Part shown: one piece after another, positions 1-8,506 of the stretch
Position numbering within the stretch: the stretch's first letter is position 1
Layout of the letters: every line of letters starts with the position of its first letter
DNA from: a virus
Strand: one strand, 5' to 3'
DNA: 40,115 bases
IMG/VR virus record: IMGVR_UViG_3300029478_000007
Made by a program: the position numbers and the translations under genes
Notes under the pieces: generated by a model
What the model was told of the DNA's origin: nothing
The model's database searches: none
Seen by the model: only the letters and a program-made list of their open reading frames with translations

Positions 1-470
1 GGGGTGCAGCCTCCGCCACAGGCGATTGGGGTGCAGCCTCCGCCACAGGCTATCGGGGCGCAGCCTCCGCCACAGGCAATCGGGGCGCAGCCTCCGCCAC
101 AGGCAATCAGGGCGCAGCCTCCGCCACAGGCTATCGGGGCGCAGCCTCCGCCACAGGCGATTGGGGTGCAGCCTCCGCCACAGGCAATCAGGGTGCAGCC
201 TCCGCCACAGGCTATCGGGGCGCAGCCTCCGCCACAGGCGATTGGGGTGCAGCCTCCGCCACAGGGAAAGCCGGTGTGGCGCTCGCGGCCGGCCTCGAAT
301 GCAAAGCAATGGGCGCACTCGGCTGCGCGATCTGCTGCGTCGAACGCGGCGAATGGAATGGAAAAACGTATCCGATCATCGCTGTAAAGGCAGCCATTGT
401 CGATGGAGAAAAGATCAAGGCTGAAACATGGTACCAGCTGAAAAGCGGCGAATTTGTGGAGGTGGAGTAA
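1..470 (+). CDS. C-terminal part of a nonapeptide-repeat protein (5' part is 39660..40115); from memory resembles the DUF7666-type phage/plasmid family
   Basis: The frame starting at position 3 is open to the stop at 468-470. The repeats are followed by GKAGVALAAGLECKAMGALGCAICCVERGEWNGKTYPIIAVKAAIVDGEKIKAETWYQLKSGEFVEVE. The frame is continuous with 40115 once the 29-nt overlap is taken into account. Confidence 0.8.
   Translation, partial: GAASATGDWGAASATGYRGAASATGNRGAASATGNQGAASATGYRGAASATGDWGAASATGNQGAASATGYRGAASATGDWGAASATGKAGVALAAGLECKAMGALGCAICCVERGEWNGKTYPIIAVKAAIVDGEKIKAETWYQLKSGEFVEVE
3..265 (+). repeat. 27-bp in-frame tandem repeat; 9 full units at 3-245 plus a partial tenth, encoding G-A-A-S-A-T-G-x-x
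   Basis: Units start at 3, 30, 57, 84, 111, 138, 165, 192 and 219. The core gcagcctccgccacaggc is invariant. Only the wobble base of codon 1 (ggt/ggc) and the last two codons vary (gat tgg, tat cgg, aat cgg, aat cag). Confidence 0.97.
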
Positions 471-1415
471 ATGCTCGATACAATCTCCACGGCGAAGATG
501 AGCCACGAAGAATGGCTGGAGGAACGCAGAAAGTCCATTGGAGGGAGTGACGCGGCGGCTGTTATCGGAATGAGCCGCTTTGCAAGCCCGTACACGGTAT
601 GGATGGATAAGACTGGGCGGCTCCCGGAAAAGGAAGACACAGAGGCTATGCGGATTGGCAGAGATCTCGAGGAGTATGTTGCGAAGCGTTTTGAGAAAGC
701 GTCCAGGAAAAAGGTGCGGCGCTGCAACTACATCATTCGGAACCCCGCGTATCCGTGGGCGCACGCAGACATTGACAGGCGAATTTCCAGTGAAAATGCA
801 GGGCTGGAATGTAAGACAACCTCGACGCTTGACATTCGGCAGTTCAACGGCGTGGAGTTCCCGGAACGGTACTATGCACAGTGTGTGCATTATCTGGCTG
901 TCACCGGCCTAGACCGTTGGTATTTGGCGGTTCTCGTATTCGGGCGCGGATTCTTTACATACACGCTCGAGCGCGACGAGGCGGAAATCTCCGCGCTGAT
1001 GGAGGCGGAGAAGCTTTTCTGGCGGTGCGTCGAGGAAGACACCCCGCCTGCACCGGACGGCTCGGAGGCGACGACGGACGCGATCAGCACGGTTTATGCC
1101 GATAGCAACGGCGAACAGCTTGAATTGTTCGGGCGTGAACAGCTGCTTTCCGAGTATATGCAGATCAAGCGTCAGGCGGCGGCACTGGCGGAGCGCAGCC
1201 GCGAGATTGAAAACACAATCAAGCTCGACATGGGCACGGCAGAGCGGGCCGCCTGCAACGGTTACAACGTCTCCTGGAAGCAGCAAAACCGGCAGACGTT
1301 CCAGCCCAAAGTCTTTAAAGAGGCATACCCGGATATCGATTTGACGCCGTTCTATAAAACGGTGCAGGCCCGGCCATTCAAAATTACAGAAATGAAACAG
1401 GAGGAAGAATCATGA
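471..1415 (+). CDS. YqaJ-like viral recombinase exonuclease (lambda Exo-type PD-(D/E)XK)
   Basis: GGSDAAAVIGMSRFASPYTVWMDKTG and the downstream D...LECKTT motif are typical of the YqaJ family. The gene sits directly upstream of recT. Confidence 0.85.
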   Translation: MLDTISTAKMSHEEWLEERRKSIGGSDAAAVIGMSRFASPYTVWMDKTGRLPEKEDTEAMRIGRDLEEYVAKRFEKASRKKVRRCNYIIRNPAYPWAHADIDRRISSENAGLECKTTSTLDIRQFNGVEFPERYYAQCVHYLAVTGLDRWYLAVLVFGRGFFTYTLERDEAEISALMEAEKLFWRCVEEDTPPAPDGSEATTDAISTVYADSNGEQLELFGREQLLSEYMQIKRQAAALAERSREIENTIKLDMGTAERAACNGYNVSWKQQNRQTFQPKVFKEAYPDIDLTPFYKTVQARPFKITEMKQEEES

Positions 1416-2248
1416 ACAAAATCCAGCAGGCAACCGCGCAGACGGCTATGAAGGCACAGAGCGGCGGAAATCCGACAATGCAGCAGTATATCAAGCAGAT
1501 GGCGGGTGAGATCAAGAAAGCGCTTCCCTCCGTCATGACGCCGGAGCGGTTCACGCGGATCACGCTTTCCGCACTTTCCACGAATCCGAAACTGGCGCAG
1601 TGTACGCCGCAATCCTTCCTCGGCGCAATGATGACTGCCGCGCAGCTTGGCTTGGAGCCGAATACGCCGCTTGGGCAGGCATACTTGATCCCGTATTGGA
1701 ACGGGAAGCAGAACCGTCTGGAATGTCAGTTCCAACTTGGGTACAAAGGCATGATCGACCTTGCATACCGCTCCGGCGAGATCCAGACGATCCAAGCACA
1801 AGTCGGACACGCGAACGATACGCTGATTGCCGAGTATGGCACAGAATGCAGCCTGAAATTTATCCCGAAGCTGAACGGAGATCGCGGCGACCCGGTGAAC
1901 GTCTGGGCGATGTTCAAAACAAAGGACGGCGGCTACGGATTCGAGATCATGACGCTGGACGATGTCCGCGCCCATGCGCAGAAGTACAGCAAGGCATACG
2001 GTTCCGGCCCGTGGCAGACCAATTTCGAGGAAATGGCGAAGAAGACTGTCCTGAAAAAGGTTCTGAAATACGCGCCGATGAAGTCTGAATTTGTTCGGCA
2101 GATCGCACAGGACAGCACGGTCAAGACGGAGATCAGCGACGATATGTTCAGTGTTCCTACTGTTGTCGCAGATGCGGAAATGGTAGACAATATGCCTGTT
2201 GACCAGACTACAGGTGAGGTCATGGAGGGCAACGCAAATGTTGAATAA
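1412..2248 (+). CDS. recT: RecT-family single-strand annealing protein
   Basis: The segment ALPSVMTPERFTRITLSALSTNPKLAQCTPQSFLGAMMTAAQLGLEPNTPLGQAYLIPY is RecT-like. Its start overlaps the exonuclease stop by 4 nt. Confidence 0.88.
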   Translation: MNKIQQATAQTAMKAQSGGNPTMQQYIKQMAGEIKKALPSVMTPERFTRITLSALSTNPKLAQCTPQSFLGAMMTAAQLGLEPNTPLGQAYLIPYWNGKQNRLECQFQLGYKGMIDLAYRSGEIQTIQAQVGHANDTLIAEYGTECSLKFIPKLNGDRGDPVNVWAMFKTKDGGYGFEIMTLDDVRAHAQKYSKAYGSGPWQTNFEEMAKKTVLKKVLKYAPMKSEFVRQIAQDSTVKTEISDDMFSVPTVVADAEMVDNMPVDQTTGEVMEGNANVE

Positions 2249-2693
2249 AATCGTCCTGATGGGCCGCCTGACCCGTGACCCGGAGCTTCGGCAGACGCAA
2301 AGTGGAAATTCTGTTGCATCCTTCACGCTTGCCTGCGACCGCGATTTCGCGGCGCAGGGCGCGGAGAAGGAAACGGACTTTATTGATGTTGTCGCATGGC
2401 GGAATACAGCTGATTTTGTCAGCAAGTATTTCTCAAAGGGGCGCATGGCCGTCGTTTCTGGCCGTTTGCAGATCCGCAACTGGGAAGATAAGGACGGAAA
2501 CAAACGCAAAACGGCAGAGATCGTCGCAGAAAGCGTTTATTTCGGCGACAGCAAGCGGGACGGGCAGAATGCTTCTGCCGCTGTGCCGGCCTCTGCGGAG
2601 TTCAAGCCGCTGCCGAGCACAACGCCGGTTCCGTTCTCTTCGCCGGATATGCCGCAGATGGAGATCGGCAACGAAAACGAGCTTCCGTTCTGA
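2238..2693 (+). CDS. ssb: Single-stranded DNA-binding protein
   Basis: The N-terminus MLNKIVLMGRLTRDPELRQTQSGNSVASFTLA is an OB fold, and the acidic tail ends in ELPF. The ATG at 2238 was chosen over the ORF-track start at 2199. Confidence 0.9.
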   Translation: MLNKIVLMGRLTRDPELRQTQSGNSVASFTLACDRDFAAQGAEKETDFIDVVAWRNTADFVSKYFSKGRMAVVSGRLQIRNWEDKDGNKRKTAEIVAESVYFGDSKRDGQNASAAVPASAEFKPLPSTTPVPFSSPDMPQMEIGNENELPF

Positions 2694-2703
2694 GGGCTGA
2701 CGG

Positions 2704-3420
2704 ATGGGAGAAAAAAAGGAATACGTCAAGCTGTGGCTGAGTTACAGGAGCTATTTCGAGGCGTACAGTGCTGCTGAGGTGGGGCGCTTGGTGCTGGCTG
2801 CGATGGATTATCGCGAGTCGGGAGCAGAGCCAGAGTTCAGCGGGAGTGAACGTTTCATTTGGCCTGCGATTCGACGGGACATTGACGAATCCGTAGCGGC
2901 GCAAAAAGCCGTCTCCGCATCAAGAAGCGAGGCAGGAAAGCAGGGCGGTCGGCCTGAATCCGAAAAAGCAAATGCTTTTGACGAAAGCAACGAAAAGCAA
3001 AAAAAGCAAATGCTTTCCGAGGAAAGCAAAAAAAGCTATGGACAAAGGAAAAGGACAAAGGAAAAGGACAAGGACAGTATTCTTTCCCCCCTTCCCCCCA
3101 CGCTGCGCGAATCCGTTGAGAAATGGGTGGCATACAAGGGAGAACGATGGGAAGAGTATAAGCCTGTCGGCCTGCAAAGCCTTGTCACACAGATCACGAA
3201 AGCCGCAGAGGAATATGGCGAGGCTGCAATGATCGACGTGATAACCCGCTCTATGGCCGCAAATTACAAGGGGATCGTGTTTGACTGGCTGAAAGAGGCC
3301 AGCACACGCCCTGCGGCGCTTGGCCGCGCTGCAAAGCCCGGCTACGGCGTGCAGGGGCACCACGACGAGCTTAATCCGATGGAGCGTGCAGCCGTGGACA
3401 GGCTGCTGGAAGGAGGATGA
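2704..3420 (+). CDS. Phage early protein with a K/E-rich linker; from memory resembles DUF6291 (function unknown, possibly replication-associated)
   Basis: N-terminal helical domain ending in GKQGGRPESEK, then a low-complexity KE-rich linker and a C-terminal domain. Confidence 0.55.
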   Translation: MGEKKEYVKLWLSYRSYFEAYSAAEVGRLVLAAMDYRESGAEPEFSGSERFIWPAIRRDIDESVAAQKAVSASRSEAGKQGGRPESEKANAFDESNEKQKKQMLSEESKKSYGQRKRTKEKDKDSILSPLPPTLRESVEKWVAYKGERWEEYKPVGLQSLVTQITKAAEEYGEAAMIDVITRSMAANYKGIVFDWLKEASTRPAALGRAAKPGYGVQGHHDELNPMERAAVDRLLEGG

Positions 3421-3423
3421 GAC

Positions 3424-3594
3424 ATGAGATTTGTCTGTGATTGCTGCCACGATCTGACGAACATCGAGGCAGACAGAATGGAGATCCAGGGCGAGAAGCT
3501 GATGGTGTACAGCCGCGGGCGGCTGGTCTACGTGGCGGATCTGGGCCAGATCATGCTGGCCAAGCTGACACCGGGGAGGGAGGAGGCAAAATGA
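3424..3594 (+). CDS. Small 56-aa protein (MRFVCDCCHDL...), translationally coupled to the next gene
   Basis: Read by hand, as it is below the ORF-track size cutoff. ATG at 3424. The stop TGA at 3592-3594 overlaps the ATG at 3591 of the next gene (ATGA). Confidence 0.4.
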   Translation: MRFVCDCCHDLTNIEADRMEIQGEKLMVYSRGRLVYVADLGQIMLAKLTPGREEAK

Positions 3595-4709
3595 AAGAGA
3601 ATGTGCTGGAGCGAAATGCAAGGCTGGATACCGAACGGAAGATTGCGGATTTTCGAGTAAAACAGCAGATGGATTATGCGTTCAAGGTGAAATACGCCAA
3701 AATCCGCGCATGGGAATTCTACGATCACCCAGACGTTGCAGGTAGCTGCTACGTAGCTGTCGGCGGGCTGGATTCCATCACGCTGCTCCTGTTCCTTCGC
3801 AGCATTGGTATTGATGTGCCTGCCATCTCGGTATCGTCGCTTGAGGATAAAAGCATTCAGCTGATTCACAAGCAACTCGGCGTGAAGCCGCTGAAACCGC
3901 TGAAAAGCAAAGTGGAAGTGCTGCGGGAGTACGGATGGCCGGTGATCTCCAAGGAAGTTGCGGGGAAAATCTCGCTTTTGCAAAATCCAAGCGAGAAAAA
4001 CGCAACGGTACGCCATGCGATCATCACTGGGGAAACAGGGGCTTACGGCGGGTTCCGCACGGGGACGCGGATGAAGCTGGCGCAAAAATGGCTGGAGATC
4101 TTCGGCGGATACGAAAATGAGAATGAAGGCGTTAGCTACAAAACGCCGGATTTTCTCGTATCGGATAAGTGCTGCTATTACCTGAAAGAAAAGCCTTGCA
4201 GCGATTATGCCAAAGAAACCGGAAGCTTCCCGTATATGGGCCTGATGGCGTCCGAAGGAGGGCGCAGGCAGAAAGCGTTGATGATGCACGGGTGCAACTA
4301 CATATCGCCGGGAACGAAACGCAGCTGTCCATTCGCGATTTTTTCGCGGCAGGATCTTTTGCAGCTTGCGCTGGATTTGCAGGTTCCGGTGCCGGAAATC
4401 TACGGAGAGATCGTGCGCGACGCAGACGGAACACTCAGGACGACAAAAGCACAGAGAACCGGGTGCTCCATGTGCGGGTTCGGCGTGCACATGGAAAAAC
4501 GCCCACACCGGTTCGACCGGCTGTGGGAGCGGAATCCAAAGGAGTGGGAAATGTGGATGAATCACGTAATGCAGGATGATCGCGGGAACTGGTACGGCTG
4601 GGGCCGTGTGCTGGACTACATCGGCGTCGAGTGGCGGGATCCGGAAGCCGCGCTGTTAAATCCGGATGAACTGCCGGGACAAATGGTTCTTAAAGGAATG
4701 GAGGAATAA
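3591..4709 (+). CDS. PAPS reductase / PP-loop ATP-pyrophosphatase family protein
   Basis: PP-loop-like VGGLDSITLLL and the CCYYLKEKP (CC..K..P) signature of the PAPS-reductase family. ATG at 3591 is preceded by GGAGGAGG. The Gly/Arg-rich upstream extension to 3441 was rejected. Confidence 0.75.
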   Translation: MKENVLERNARLDTERKIADFRVKQQMDYAFKVKYAKIRAWEFYDHPDVAGSCYVAVGGLDSITLLLFLRSIGIDVPAISVSSLEDKSIQLIHKQLGVKPLKPLKSKVEVLREYGWPVISKEVAGKISLLQNPSEKNATVRHAIITGETGAYGGFRTGTRMKLAQKWLEIFGGYENENEGVSYKTPDFLVSDKCCYYLKEKPCSDYAKETGSFPYMGLMASEGGRRQKALMMHGCNYISPGTKRSCPFAIFSRQDLLQLALDLQVPVPEIYGEIVRDADGTLRTTKAQRTGCSMCGFGVHMEKRPHRFDRLWERNPKEWEMWMNHVMQDDRGNWYGWGRVLDYIGVEWRDPEAALLNPDELPGQMVLKGMEE

Positions 4710-4712
4710 AAC

Positions 4713-5117
4713 ATGCCACCTAAAGAAAATCTTGAAAGAGCCTGTGAAGAGTGCATCCATTATTGGGCGTGCTCCAGACAATGCGGCGAGCCGATGGCGC
4801 AGAGTAGCGCCACTGGCTGTGAGTGCTACGAGACGGTTAAAAGCATTGCGGCGGCTCGACTCATCGAGCGCCTGACCGCCGAGAACGCGGCGCTGCGGGA
4901 GAAGTTGTCGCAGTGGATCAGCGTGGAAGACAGGCTGCCGACAGATCATCTTAAGCGATACCTTATCGCTTTTAAGGACGCAGGCGGAAGCATCGTGGAT
5001 GCGGCTCGGTATATTCCGGGGCTCGGTTGGGAGTGTTGCAACTGGGAGGTTCCGCAGGGTTTGATTACCCACTGGATGCCGCTGCCGGACGCGCCGGAGG
5101 AGAATAATGCCACCTAA
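4713..5117 (+). CDS. Cys-rich N-domain protein with a DUF551-like C-terminus (WISVEDRLP...HWMPLPDAPE)
   Basis: The ORF is preceded by GGAGGAATAA. The N-terminal 59 aa are near-identical to the next gene. Confidence 0.7.
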   Translation: MPPKENLERACEECIHYWACSRQCGEPMAQSSATGCECYETVKSIAAARLIERLTAENAALREKLSQWISVEDRLPTDHLKRYLIAFKDAGGSIVDAARYIPGLGWECCNWEVPQGLITHWMPLPDAPEENNAT

Positions 5118-5283
5118 AGAAAATCCTGAAAGAGCCTGTGAAGAGTGCATCCATTTTTTTGCGTGCTCCAGACAATGCGACGAGCCGATGGCGCAGAGTA
5201 GCGCCACTGGCTGTGAGTGCTACGAGACGGTTAAAAGCATTGCGGCGGCTCGACTCATCGAGCGCCTGACCGCCGAGAACGCG
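4713..5283 (+). repeat. Direct repeat of about 177 nt (4713-4889 and 5107-5283), period 394 nt, only a handful of mismatches
   Basis: Hand alignment of the two 5' gene ends. The sequences diverge right after ...gccgagaacgcg. Confidence 0.9.
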
Positions 5284-5475
5284 AAGGCAGAAGCCGAGAG
5301 GGACGCGGCGTTAGCAGACCTCGCGGATGCGCGGAGTTGCAAGAATTGCAAGTATGCGTGCGATACGCGCGACTGCTCCAGCTGTAAATCAAAGACGTGC
5401 AAATGCCGTGAGTGTCATCTCGACAAGAATGCGTGGGAATGGCGCGGCGCGCCGGAGGAAGGAGGCAAGGCATGA
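5107..5475 (+). CDS. Paralogue of 4713..5117 with a different, Cys-rich C-terminus (CKNCKYACDTRDCSSCKSKTCKCRECH)
   Basis: Same N-terminal module. Its start overlaps the upstream stop. Confidence 0.7.
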   Translation: MPPKENPERACEECIHFFACSRQCDEPMAQSSATGCECYETVKSIAAARLIERLTAENAKAEAERDAALADLADARSCKNCKYACDTRDCSSCKSKTCKCRECHLDKNAWEWRGAPEEGGKA

Positions 5476-6011
5476 AAGCTGTTTTAATCAGCATCCGCCC
5501 GAAGTGGTGCGAGAAGATCATAAGCGGTGAGAAAACGATTGAGGTGCGCAAGACGCGACCGAAGATGGATACGCCGTTTAAGTGCTACATCTACTGCACA
5601 AAACCGGAGGAAAAGCTAATCACCATTATGAAAGACGGCGATGAGAATTATGGAGAGACGTATCACGGCAAGCCGGTTTTCATAAAGACGGAAAAAGCGC
5701 CGACCACTGGCTTATGGGATAAGCGGCAAAAGGTTATCGGGGAATTTCTGTGCGATCAGATCATCAACATTAACGGCGCGGGAAGGATCCCGTCGGATGC
5801 TGCGCGGCCAACCTGCCTAGAGCCTGCGGAGCTGCACCAGTATCTCGGAGCTGCCACCGGCTTCGGCTGGCACATCTCAGATTTGCGCGTTTACGATCAT
5901 CCGCGCGATCTGTGGGAGTTTACCGGCCTGCGGGAGACAAAATTCGGCCTTGCGCCCGGGCCAATCACCCGCCCGCCGCAGAGCTGGCGTTATGTGGAGG
6001 AGCAGAAATGA
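5472..6011 (+). CDS. ASCH (PUA-like) domain protein
   Basis: MKAVLISIRPKWCEKIISGEKTIEVRKTRPK is a typical ASCH N-terminus. The ATG at 5472 overlaps the upstream stop (ATGA). Confidence 0.7.
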   Translation: MKAVLISIRPKWCEKIISGEKTIEVRKTRPKMDTPFKCYIYCTKPEEKLITIMKDGDENYGETYHGKPVFIKTEKAPTTGLWDKRQKVIGEFLCDQIININGAGRIPSDAARPTCLEPAELHQYLGAATGFGWHISDLRVYDHPRDLWEFTGLRETKFGLAPGPITRPPQSWRYVEEQK

Positions 6012-6901
6012 ACGAGCGAGATAAAATCCTGCTGCGGTATGTCTGCGATGGCGACATGAAGAGAGCTCGCCAACAGGCAAAACTAATTTTAGAAAATACA
6101 ACGGCCAAAAAGGATGAGCATTTTCGGTATGAGATGCTGAGAAAACTGGAGACCAAAAGCAACTTCATTGAACTGCCAGCGAACTTGCAGGGCATTTTGG
6201 TAGCGGAGGACTCCACCTTTTTCCCCAACAAGAAGTTCTTAGCCAGGCCACATGAGGAGGCTGTAGCAAAAAAGGTGCTACGCATTTACCGCACCGCCGA
6301 TAAACTGGCAGAGATCGGACTGCCGTATTTCTCCGCGCTTCTGCTGCACGGAGAAAGCGGGTGCGGAAAAACAGAACTGGCGAGATATATTGCATATAAA
6401 GCAAACCTGCCGTTCGTCTATGTCCGGTTCTCCGCGTTGGTGAGTTCATATCTGGGCAGTACACAGGCCAATATCGCCCGCATCTTTGATTATGTGAGGC
6501 GCGAACCGTGTGTCCTGTGCTTTGATGAGATCGACGCAGTGGGAATGGCCCGTGGGCAAAGAAACGATGTCGGGGAAATGAACCGTATCGTCATCGCACT
6601 TATGCAGGAACTGGACAAGCTTCCCAACAATGTGATTATCGTCGGCACAACGAACCGCTTTGACCGGCTCGACCCCGCGCTGATCCGGCGGTTTCCCATT
6701 CAATACGAAGTACAGAAACTATCCCCTGAAGAAGCCTGTGCGCTTGCAGAAAAGATCATCGGTTATGCCGGGATAGATGTCGAACCGTGGAAATTGTGGT
6801 TTACTGCGGTATTCCCGGAAAGCGTACCCGCCTCTACTGTGGTGAAGGTGTGCGTGGACGAAATAGTTGCGTATATCATCGAAAAGGAGGAAGAGAAATG
6901 A
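6008..6901 (+). CDS. Classic-clade AAA+ ATPase with a helical N-domain of about 100 aa
   Basis: Walker A GESGCGKTE, Walker B VLCFDEID, and a second region of homology TTNRFDRLDPALIRRF. ATG at 6008 (ATGA overlap). Confidence 0.85.
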   Translation: MNERDKILLRYVCDGDMKRARQQAKLILENTTAKKDEHFRYEMLRKLETKSNFIELPANLQGILVAEDSTFFPNKKFLARPHEEAVAKKVLRIYRTADKLAEIGLPYFSALLLHGESGCGKTELARYIAYKANLPFVYVRFSALVSSYLGSTQANIARIFDYVRREPCVLCFDEIDAVGMARGQRNDVGEMNRIVIALMQELDKLPNNVIIVGTTNRFDRLDPALIRRFPIQYEVQKLSPEEACALAEKIIGYAGIDVEPWKLWFTAVFPESVPASTVVKVCVDEIVAYIIEKEEEK

Positions 6902-7413
6902 ACGAAAGAATGACGAAGCGTGACACCGATGGACAGGCAATGATGGACTGCGAGAAGTGCAAATCGGATTGGACGGGTAAGCATGGTAAGCTGATGGCTG
7001 ACTGCACTGCGCTGTATTGCCGAAATCGTTTGTTAGGACGGCTGGTGGAATATGAGGACACGGGGCTTGAACCGGAAGCAGTGGAAACGGTTAAGCTTGC
7101 GCTGGCCACCAACAATACGCCAATCAGCAGGCTCGTAGAGCTGGCCGAGGCCGACAAGGACGGGCGCGTCATTATATTGCCGTGCAAGGTGGGCGATACG
7201 ATTTATTTCGCCCGCGCCAATCCTATTCTCCAGTATAAGGTCACAGGGTACGAGATGGGGGTAGCAGGTATCTCGCAGGTTCACAGCAAGCACGTCGCTA
7301 AAGAAACAGGGTTAACGTTTAATTTTACATTCAGACCAAGCAGCATTGGAAAAACCGTATTTTTTACCCGCGAGGAAGCCGAACGGGCTTTGCGGGAAAT
7401 GGAGGGCAAGTAA
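6898..7413 (+). CDS. Hypothetical phage protein (171 aa, N-terminal Cys cluster)
   Basis: ATG at 6898 overlaps the upstream stop. Coding-like composition. Confidence 0.6.
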   Translation: MNERMTKRDTDGQAMMDCEKCKSDWTGKHGKLMADCTALYCRNRLLGRLVEYEDTGLEPEAVETVKLALATNNTPISRLVELAEADKDGRVIILPCKVGDTIYFARANPILQYKVTGYEMGVAGISQVHSKHVAKETGLTFNFTFRPSSIGKTVFFTREEAERALREMEGK

Positions 7414-7643
7414 TGGAAGAACGAAATATCGACAGGATAAACGACATTCTTGAAAAGGCAAAATCTCAAGGATGGCTGGATGGATTTGATTTTTCGATTT
7501 TGATGCAGCGGCTTTTAATCCCAGATGGTGGATACATCATAGGCACCGGAAATTGGGAAAATGTGAATGCGGAAGCTGCTTTGATGCTTTATGAGAAGAT
7601 CAAAAGGCATCCGATACTTTGGAGACTTTTCTTCATGCTGTGA
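7413..7643 (+). CDS. Hypothetical protein (76 aa)
   Basis: ORF starting directly at the upstream stop. Lower GC than its neighbours. Confidence 0.5.
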   Translation: MEERNIDRINDILEKAKSQGWLDGFDFSILMQRLLIPDGGYIIGTGNWENVNAEAALMLYEKIKRHPILWRLFFML

Positions 7644-7658
7644 GAGGGGAGGTATTCG

Positions 7659-8168
7659 ATGGGAACAATTCTGGCGATTGATCCCGGCAATACCAAATCT
7701 GGCTATGTGGTGGTCGAGCACGACGGCGAAGAAATTCGCCGCGTGCTGGAGGCCGGGAAGAAAGGTAACAATGAGCTACTGCCGATGCTTGAGCGGAAGC
7801 TTTACGGGAACGGCCATGACGTGGCAATCGAGATGATCGCGGGCATGGGAATGACGGTAGGCCAAGAGGTGTTCGATACCTGCGTATGGATCGGGCGATT
7901 CTGGCAAACCGTGTTGTGGCAGCTCGGCTACGGGCCGACAAGGATCTACCGCCGGGAAGAAAAGCTGGATCTGTGCGGTTCGCTATCTGCCAAAGATGCC
8001 AACATCCGGCAGGCACTCGTTGACCGCTACGCGCCCGGCCAGCCGAATTTCGGCAAGGGCACGAAGAAGAATCCCGGTTTCTTCTACGGCTTCTCGGCGG
8101 ATATGTGGGCGGCTATGGCCGTTGCGGTCACATATTTTGACAAGTACATCAAGGGGGTAAAGCTATGA
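7659..8168 (+). CDS. RuvC-like (RNase H fold) Holliday junction resolvase
   Basis: ILAIDPGNTKSGYVVV, an internal VAIE, and C-terminal ADMWAAMAVA fit a RuvC-type acidic catalytic set. Confidence 0.7.
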   Translation: MGTILAIDPGNTKSGYVVVEHDGEEIRRVLEAGKKGNNELLPMLERKLYGNGHDVAIEMIAGMGMTVGQEVFDTCVWIGRFWQTVLWQLGYGPTRIYRREEKLDLCGSLSAKDANIRQALVDRYAPGQPNFGKGTKKNPGFFYGFSADMWAAMAVAVTYFDKYIKGVKL

Positions 8169-8506
8169 GCAAGATGCAGCGCAAGCCACCAAGACCGCCG
8201 ATGCGGCTGACGTGCGATGCCTGCGGGAAAACGTTTATGCGGGCTCCATCGAAGTACAAGGCAAAATACAATTTCTGCAGCGAGGCGTGCGCCTGGGCGG
8301 CACATGGGGAAGCTGTGATGGGCCTGGCAGAGCGCGTGCGGATCCTGATCACGTGCTCGATCCCGGTATACCCGGAAATGCGGCCCGTCTGCGGGCGGGT
8401 GTATCCTGCCGAGAAATACAAATACAGGACAAACCGGACGGGCTATGTCGTCGAGGTGGGTGGCAAGCGCGTATGCGTGAGGGTGGACGAATGCAGGGAA
8501 ATCTAG
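8165..8506 (+). CDS. Hypothetical zinc-finger protein (CDACGK...CSEAC)
   Basis: ORF with a 4-nt overlap to the upstream gene. Confidence 0.6.
   Translation: MSKMQRKPPRPPMRLTCDACGKTFMRAPSKYKAKYNFCSEACAWAAHGEAVMGLAERVRILITCSIPVYPEMRPVCGRVYPAEKYKYRTNRTGYVVEVGGKRVCVRVDECREI

Noticed and set aside
3-265. The regular 27-bp repeats could be mistaken for a CRISPR array
   Set aside because: The units are directly abutting with no spacers. They are in frame inside a long ORF with coherent flanking domains, and no cas genes are present.
4-424. Alternative-frame ORFs across the repeat (4..387 PPPQAIG repeats; 26..424 SLRHR repeats; 212..727 minus)
   Set aside because: Only the frame starting at position 3 is continuous with the ORF arriving from 39660 across the junction and ends in a protein-like domain. 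The others are by-products of the stop-free repeat.
1352-2509. 385-aa minus-strand ORF antisense to recT/ssb
   Set aside because: It lies opposite genes with unmistakable RecT and SSB motifs. The translation is Arg/Leu/Cys-rich and low-complexity, as is typical of antisense frames in high-GC DNA.
3441-3590. Upstream extension of the PAPS-reductase-like ORF (ORF-track start 3441); likewise the extensions 24427-24801, 5912-6007, 6787-6897, 22758-22802 and 30653-30820
   Set aside because: The extensions translate to Arg/Gly-rich junk and overlap upstream genes. Internal ATGs with good SD sequences or ATGA overlaps give canonical N-termini. The 30653 extension would also run through a terminator.
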